From: Verrucomicrobiota bacterium
GTDB taxonomy: Bacteria > Verrucomicrobiota > Verrucomicrobiia > Limisphaerales > CANJXF01
Direction of reading: 5' to 3'
Assembly: GCA_038214755.1 (NCBI GenBank)
Contig: JBBQRQ010000118.1
Span: forward strand, 1-14,752
Length of the DNA stretch: 14,752 nt
The translations under genes and the position numbers were made by a program. Below, piece by piece: positions 10,073 through 14,752 of this stretch. Within the stretch, counting starts at the first letter, position 1; each line of letters begins with the position of its first letter. The notes beneath the pieces were generated by a model. The model saw only the letters and a program-made list of their open reading frames with translations, was not told where the DNA came from and ran no database searches.

Positions 10073-10578
10073 GGGTAGCCTCTGCCTCCGGCGGGTGCGT
10101 GGGAGTTGGATTGGTGGATTATTCCAATGAGCGTTCAAGATGAGACTAAGCTCCACTCTCCCACTCTATGGGGAGACCGGAGTTTGGACATTTTTGCAGA
10201 CGTGGCGGGCCGTAAGGCACACTTTGCAAAGTGTGGATCAACTCCCCCCTCGGCTCTCCACCCGCCAGCCGCGCCAGCGCGCGCCCGAAGGTGAGGACAC
10301 TGAGGCACACTTTGCAAAGTGTGCACCAATCCTCGCCTCCGTGGCGTGGGCGGGCGCGGCTCGGCAGGGTCAGCAAAAAAATTCCAAACGGGCAGTCTCC
10401 CCACGCGACGCGGGGTGAGGCTTTCCAAGATTAGTCTCATCTTGAAAGCAACTTAGAATTAGTGGATTGTTGTTCAGTTGCTTGCTGTTTTCAAACATCG
10501 AACATCCACCTTTTAACCAGTCCAATAATCCATCGATCCAATCCACCTTGCCGCACCTGCCGGAGGCAGATGCTACCC
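10073..10578. repeat. REP-like doublet, family B, with octamer-repeat spacer, interrupted by a MITE
   Basis: Arms at 10073-10099 and 10552-10578. The spacer has TGGATTNN/NNAATCCA-type units and AACATCG heptamer remnants. Confidence 0.9.
10122..10458. mobile_element. 337-bp non-autonomous MITE-like element
   Basis: 28-bp terminal inverted repeats (10122-10149 and 10431-10458, 23/28 matched, inner 16 bp TTCAAGATGAGACTAA perfect). TTA is present on both sides (10119-10121, 10459-10461). There is a second imperfect inverted repeat at 10169-10201 and 10369-10403, and two copies of the palindrome CACACTTTGCAAAGTGTG. Confidence 0.8.
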
Positions 10579-10631
10579 GTAAGCTGAGAATCAAACTGTG
10601 TCCGAATTTCGATTCAGACTGAAGGTAATGT

Positions 10632-10661
10632 TTGATTGAGTTTGAAACTTTATGTTATCTT
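10632..10661 (+). promoter_or_regulatory. Candidate promoter of the toxin-antitoxin-like pair
   Basis: TTGATT (10632-10637), 18-bp spacer, extended -10 TGnTATCTT. AAAAGGA lies upstream of ATG 10696. Confidence 0.4.
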
Positions 10662-10695
10662 CCCTGCGTTCAGTAGAAAAAGGATCGTCTGAATT

Positions 10696-10965
10696 ATGGT
10701 CGAAGTCACTATTCAATTGCCCGACAGCCTGGCCAACACGTTTGGCGAAACGCCTGCTTTGCGGGCGCGCCGGCTCATCGAAGACGCGGCCATCGAGGAA
10801 TACCGCGCCGGGCGGTTCTCACAACGGCAGGTCGGCGAGATCCTGGGCCTCGACTACTGGGAGACCGAGCGCTTTCTTTCTGAACGCAATGTATCGCTCA
10901 ACTATTCCCTCGCTGATCTGGAGGTGGACCGCACGACGCTGGACAAGCTCCTCGGCCACAAGTGA
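10696..10965 (+). CDS. UPF0175-family putative antitoxin
   Basis: 89 aa with AIEEYRAGRFSQRQVGEILGLDYWETERFL..R.V.LNYS..DLE.D. It overlaps the next gene by GTGA. Confidence 0.85.
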   Translation: MVEVTIQLPDSLANTFGETPALRARRLIEDAAIEEYRAGRFSQRQVGEILGLDYWETERFLSERNVSLNYSLADLEVDRTTLDKLLGHK

Positions 10966-11447
10966 GCGCCGTTGTTTCCGACACATCTCCGTTGCATTAC
11001 CTCGTCATCTGTGAGGCTGTGGAAATATTGCCTCAGCTATTTCGCGAAATTCTTATCCCGCCCACGGTTCATCGCGAACTTCAACACGAGAAAACCCCGC
11101 CTCTTGTCCGCACATGGGCGCAATCACTTCCCGCTTGGGTCAAAGTTCAAGCTCCTGATTTCCTTGACCTATCTCTAAATGTCGATGAGGGGGAACGCGA
11201 AGCGATCTGTCTGGCCTGCGAAGTTAAGGCAGCGGCCCTTCTGATCGACGACCGGAAGGGAAGATCCGCAGCCGTTCGCCGCGGCCTGCGTGTGATCGGG
11301 ACTCTCGGGCTGCTGGAAGCGGCCGCTTAACGCGGGCTTTTGGACTTTGCGAAGGCTATTCAGAAACTGCGCCAAACAAATACGCGACTGGACGAAAAGT
11401 TGATTCAAGCCGCTCTGTCCCGGAACCGAGCAGGTGGACGTACTTGA
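10962..11447 (+). pseudogene. DUF3368-family PIN-related putative toxin with an in-frame TAA at 11328-11330
   Basis: VVSDTSPL, IPPTV..EL, D.GEREAI and LLIDDRKGR..A..RGL.VIGTLGLLE. After the TAA the same frame continues RGLLDFAKAIQKLRQTNTRLDEKLIQAAL to TGA 11445-11447, resembling the usual family C-terminus. Confidence 0.8.
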
Positions 11448-11483
11448 CGACGCGGCAAACCGGGAGCGAATTGGAATTCAGCA

Positions 11484-11566
11484 GGTGGCATCTGCCGCCG
11501 GACTGAACAACAATCCACTAATCCAACAATCCCATCCCACGCACCCGCCAGAGGCAGATGCTACCC
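11484..11566. repeat. REP-like doublet, family B, with a degenerate left arm and octamer spacer
   Basis: GGTGGCATCTGCCGCCGG (11484-11501), spacer AATCCACT AATCCAAC AATCCCAT, and right arm 11540-11566. Confidence 0.88.
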
Positions 11567-11581
11567 GGGGCTGTCGCTTCC

Positions 11582-11610
11582 TTGATTCGGAACATCGCGA
11601 TGGGTAAGCT
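11582..11610 (+). promoter_or_regulatory. Candidate sigma-70 promoter for glnD, near-leaderless
   Basis: TTGATT (11582-11587), 17-bp spacer, TAAGCT (11605-11610), 8 nt before ATG 11619. No Shine-Dalgarno sequence is visible. Confidence 0.45.
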
Positions 11611-11618
11611 CGCGTCAG

Positions 11619-14396
11619 ATGCCGACATTGCTCGAAAGGATTGAGACAAACGCCGCGGGAAGGTTGGTCTTGCCCGAGGGCCGGCCACTGCGCGAAGAAC
11701 TCGAGCGCTATAAAAAATTTCTCAAAATAGAAACCCATCGCCTGAGAATCCTGCATCGCGCCGGCGCTGGTGGACGCGCAATTTGCCTGGCCCGCTCCGG
11801 GATACTCGACGTGTCTCTGCGCTACCTGCTCGCCGCCATCACAAACAATTTGTCCCAGCAACAAGAAACAAAAACGCAGTCGTTGTCTCTCGTCGCTCTC
11901 GGCGGTTACGGACGCGCGGAACTCAATCCGCAAAGCGACATCGACATCATGTTTTTGCACGATGGGGAATCAGTCTCGCGCGGGAAAAAAAATTCGACGT
12001 TGACCGCACTGGCCGACGTATTGATCCCGACGCTGTGGGACCTCGGCTTGCGCGTCGGCCATTCGGCGCGAACGATTGACGACTGCGTGAAGATCGCCAA
12101 CAGCGACATGCAATCGAAGACTTCGCTGATCGAAGCGCGGCTCATCACCGGCAGCACGGAACTATTCGATAAATTTCAGAAAACGGTTTTGGCAAAATGT
12201 GTCGCCGGCCACGAAAACGAATATATCGCCGCGCGCGTGCAGGACCAGGCGGCGCGCCGCGCGAAATTTGGCAACTCCGCTTTGATGCAAGAGCCGCATC
12301 TGAAAAATGGCTGCGGCGGGTTGCGCGATTATCAGAATTTAATCTGGATGACTTTTTTCAAATATCGCACGCGCTCTCTGGCCGAATTGCAGGAGAAAGA
12401 AATGATCAGCCAAAGCGAGCGCAAACAACTGGAAGCCGCTTATGATTTTCTGCTGCGCGTCCGCAATGAAGTCCACTATCTGGCCGAGCGGCCCGTGGAT
12501 GTGTTGGGCAAAAGTTTGCAACCTTCCGTCGCGCAGAATCTCGGTTATCGCGACCGATCCGCCAGCCAGCGCATCGAAGATTTCATGGGCGATTTTTATC
12601 GGCACTCGCGCAACATCGATTTGACCACTCGCACCGTCGAACAACGCCTCGCCTTATTGCCCCAGCCCAGCCGAATCCCCTCGCTGCGGCGAATGTTGCA
12701 AAACCAAACCGATCGCATCCGCCAGCAGATCATCGATGGCTTCAAAATCTTGAATGGAGAAATTCATGCGCTGACTCCGAGCGTTTTTCGCGACCGGCCC
12801 AAACGGTTGATGCGCGTTTTTCTTTACGCCCAGCAACGCGGCTTGAAGATTCATCCCGAACTCACCCAGCTCATTCGGAATCATCTCTCGTTGGTCAATA
12901 ATTCTTTCCGCTGCGACCCGCACGTGCGCGAAAGTTTTTTGGAAATTCTCGACCAACGCGGCAGCGTCGCGCCCATTCTTCGCGTCATGCACGACGTCGG
13001 TTTGCTCGGAAAATTTTTGCCTGAATTCGGCCGGCTCACTTGTCTGGTTCAACATGAATTTTACCATCAATACACCACCGACGAACACACTTTGGTTTGC
13101 CTCGAAAAACTCGATCAAGTGTGGAACGCCAAGACTCCGCCGTTCGACGCCTACGCCGAAATTTTTCAAACGGTCGAGCGCCCTTTCATTCTTTATCTCG
13201 CGTTGCTTCTGCACGATTCCGGCAAAGCGGCGCGCTCCGGCAAGCACGAAGAAGTCGGCAGTCGCCTCGCGCTGAATGTTGCCAAACGACTCGGCCTCGA
13301 TGGCGCGACCACTCACACTCTCAGCCTGGTGATCGAACATCATCTGACCCTGGCGCAAGTTTCGCAGCGGCGCGATCTCGACGACCCCACCGTCATCGCT
13401 AATTTCGCGCGCCAGATTCAAACGGTGGAAAACTTGACGCTCCTGACTTTGCACACGTTCGCCGATTCCATGGGCACGAGTGATAAACTTTGGAATGGAT
13501 TTAAAGACACGTTGCTCTGGAATTTATTTCACAAGACCCGCCAAGTGTTGGTAGGCGGAACTGATTTTTTTCACGCCGAAGAAAAGCAGCGCGAATTGCT
13601 GATCGACGAGGTGCAACAACTCATGCCGGCCAGCTTCGGTCACGACGAAGTGCGGGCCCATTTTGCCAATTTGCCGTCGCGCTATTTTCAGATCAACAAC
13701 GCCCGCGAAGTTCTGACCGACCTGACTCAGGCGCACCGCTTCATGCAAAACCAATTGTCGGAAGAAGAAGATGCGCTCTCGCCCGTCATCTCATGGCACA
13801 ACGAACCTGATCGCGGCTACACTTCCGTCCATGTTTGCACCTGGGACCGCAGTGGTTTGTTCAGCAAAATCACTGGCTCGCTTACCGCCGCCGGCTTGAA
13901 CATTTTGGGCGCGGAAATAATCACGCGCGGCGACGACATCGTCCTCGATACTTTTTTTGTGACGGATGCGAAAACGGGTTTGGTCGCCAAACGCGAAGAG
14001 CGTCAAACTTTCGAAACGCTGCTCAATAAAATTTTGACCGGCCAGGAAGTTGATCTGGCACAATTGATCGCGTCTTCCCAAAAAAATGTTGGCTCCTCCA
14101 AAGTTTTTGAAGGTGAAAAAATTCCGACCGTCATTGATTTTGACAACGAAACGTCTAAAACCCGGACCATTCTCCAGGTTGAGACTGAAGATAAAATCGG
14201 TTTGCTCTACGCCATTTCGCGAGTGCTCAACGAATTTAACCTGGATATTTATCTCGCAAAGATTTCCACCGAAAAAGGCGCGGCGATTGATACTTTTTAT
14301 GTCGGCGAATTCGGCGGAGGCGCCCAACTCACACCGCCACGCCACCAAGCCATCGAAGCCAGGTTGCGCCAGGAAATCAGCCGGTTGGAAAGTTAA
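11619..14396 (+). CDS. glnD: [Protein-PII] uridylyltransferase / uridylyl-removing enzyme
   Basis: Nucleotidyltransferase motif ALGGYGRAELNPQSDIDI, EP.LK.G.GGLRD, HD domain (YHQYTTDEH, LLHDSGK) and two C-terminal ACT domains (DRSGLFS, DKIGLLY..A.D.FYV). 925 aa. Confidence 0.97.
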   Translation: MPTLLERIETNAAGRLVLPEGRPLREELERYKKFLKIETHRLRILHRAGAGGRAICLARSGILDVSLRYLLAAITNNLSQQQETKTQSLSLVALGGYGRAELNPQSDIDIMFLHDGESVSRGKKNSTLTALADVLIPTLWDLGLRVGHSARTIDDCVKIANSDMQSKTSLIEARLITGSTELFDKFQKTVLAKCVAGHENEYIAARVQDQAARRAKFGNSALMQEPHLKNGCGGLRDYQNLIWMTFFKYRTRSLAELQEKEMISQSERKQLEAAYDFLLRVRNEVHYLAERPVDVLGKSLQPSVAQNLGYRDRSASQRIEDFMGDFYRHSRNIDLTTRTVEQRLALLPQPSRIPSLRRMLQNQTDRIRQQIIDGFKILNGEIHALTPSVFRDRPKRLMRVFLYAQQRGLKIHPELTQLIRNHLSLVNNSFRCDPHVRESFLEILDQRGSVAPILRVMHDVGLLGKFLPEFGRLTCLVQHEFYHQYTTDEHTLVCLEKLDQVWNAKTPPFDAYAEIFQTVERPFILYLALLLHDSGKAARSGKHEEVGSRLALNVAKRLGLDGATTHTLSLVIEHHLTLAQVSQRRDLDDPTVIANFARQIQTVENLTLLTLHTFADSMGTSDKLWNGFKDTLLWNLFHKTRQVLVGGTDFFHAEEKQRELLIDEVQQLMPASFGHDEVRAHFANLPSRYFQINNAREVLTDLTQAHRFMQNQLSEEEDALSPVISWHNEPDRGYTSVHVCTWDRSGLFSKITGSLTAAGLNILGAEIITRGDDIVLDTFFVTDAKTGLVAKREERQTFETLLNKILTGQEVDLAQLIASSQKNVGSSKVFEGEKIPTVIDFDNETSKTRTILQVETEDKIGLLYAISRVLNEFNLDIYLAKISTEKGAAIDTFYVGEFGGGAQLTPPRHQAIEARLRQEISRLES

Positions 14397-14402
14397 TAGG
14401 CC

Positions 14403-14551
14403 GGGTAGCATCTGCCTCCGGCGGGTGCGAAGACATTTTTTCGGAACGCCGATCTCCTGATCGGCACCGGACCAGTAATCAAGGAACGAGCCGATCGGGA
14501 GAGCGGCGTTCCGTGTGGTTTTGCCGCACCCGCCGGAGGCAGATGCTACCC
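14403..14551. repeat. REP-like doublet, family B, directly after glnD
   Basis: GGGTAGCATCTGCCTCCGGCGGGTGCG (14403-14429) and its perfect reverse complement (14525-14551). Confidence 0.93.
14442..14513. repeat. REP-like doublet, family G, nested within the family B doublet
   Basis: CGGAACGCCGATCTCCTGATCGGC (14442-14465) and GCCGATCGGGAGAGCGGCGTTCCG (14490-14513) are 22/24 complementary. Confidence 0.85.
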
Positions 14552-14752
14552 GCCGCAGTCTGTAGTTGCCCAATCAGCCAGGAACTTTGCCTTTGAACTT
14601 TTTCGCGTGAATCGTAATCTATCGACATGAAGCATCTGGGAAAAATCGCCCAAAAAAGTAGCGCAGTGGGTAGAGCCCCCGCAGGGGAAAAGGCACAGGT
14701 GGGGGGGCGGCGCCAGCGAGAAGCAAAGCGCAAAATTTGACCACACACTGAC

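Noticed and set aside
10215..10324. CRISPR array from the two 21-bp direct repeats
   Set aside because: Only two repeats with a 67-bp gap, no cas genes, and both lie inside a TIR-bounded element.
10106..10594. Small ORFs containing HTLQSV on both strands
   Set aside because: The peptide is a by-product of the palindrome, and there are no transposase motifs.
14658..14730. GTAGCGCAGTGGGTAGAGC resembles a tRNA D-arm
   Set aside because: No T-loop GTTCRA, acceptor stem pairing or CCA follows.

Overview
Chromosomal bacterial window. The gene set, AT-rich codons in a GC-rich background and dense GTAG-type palindromic repeats suggest Verrucomicrobiota, but this is inference only. Plus-strand genes are an HscA-like Hsp70, a CstA transporter with a YbdD/YjiX-like C-terminal tail, nadD-rsfS and glnD. 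Minus-strand genes are a PUR-domain nucleic-acid-binding protein, a DUF4149-like membrane protein, and an ECF sigma / anti-sigma / DUF3106-like trio. There are two damaged PIN-type toxin genes: one cut by a probable IS21-like end at 141 and one with an internal TAA. The most distinctive feature is a set of small repeats. About seven families of REP-like doublets occur, some nested in each other or filled with 7- and 8-bp microsatellites. One doublet sits in-frame inside the Hsp70 gene. A 337-bp MITE-like element with two identical 18-bp palindromes is inserted into a REP copy, and its empty site can be reconstructed from a sister copy in the same window. No transposase is encoded in the window. 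All calls come from reading the sequence by eye; no searches were run.
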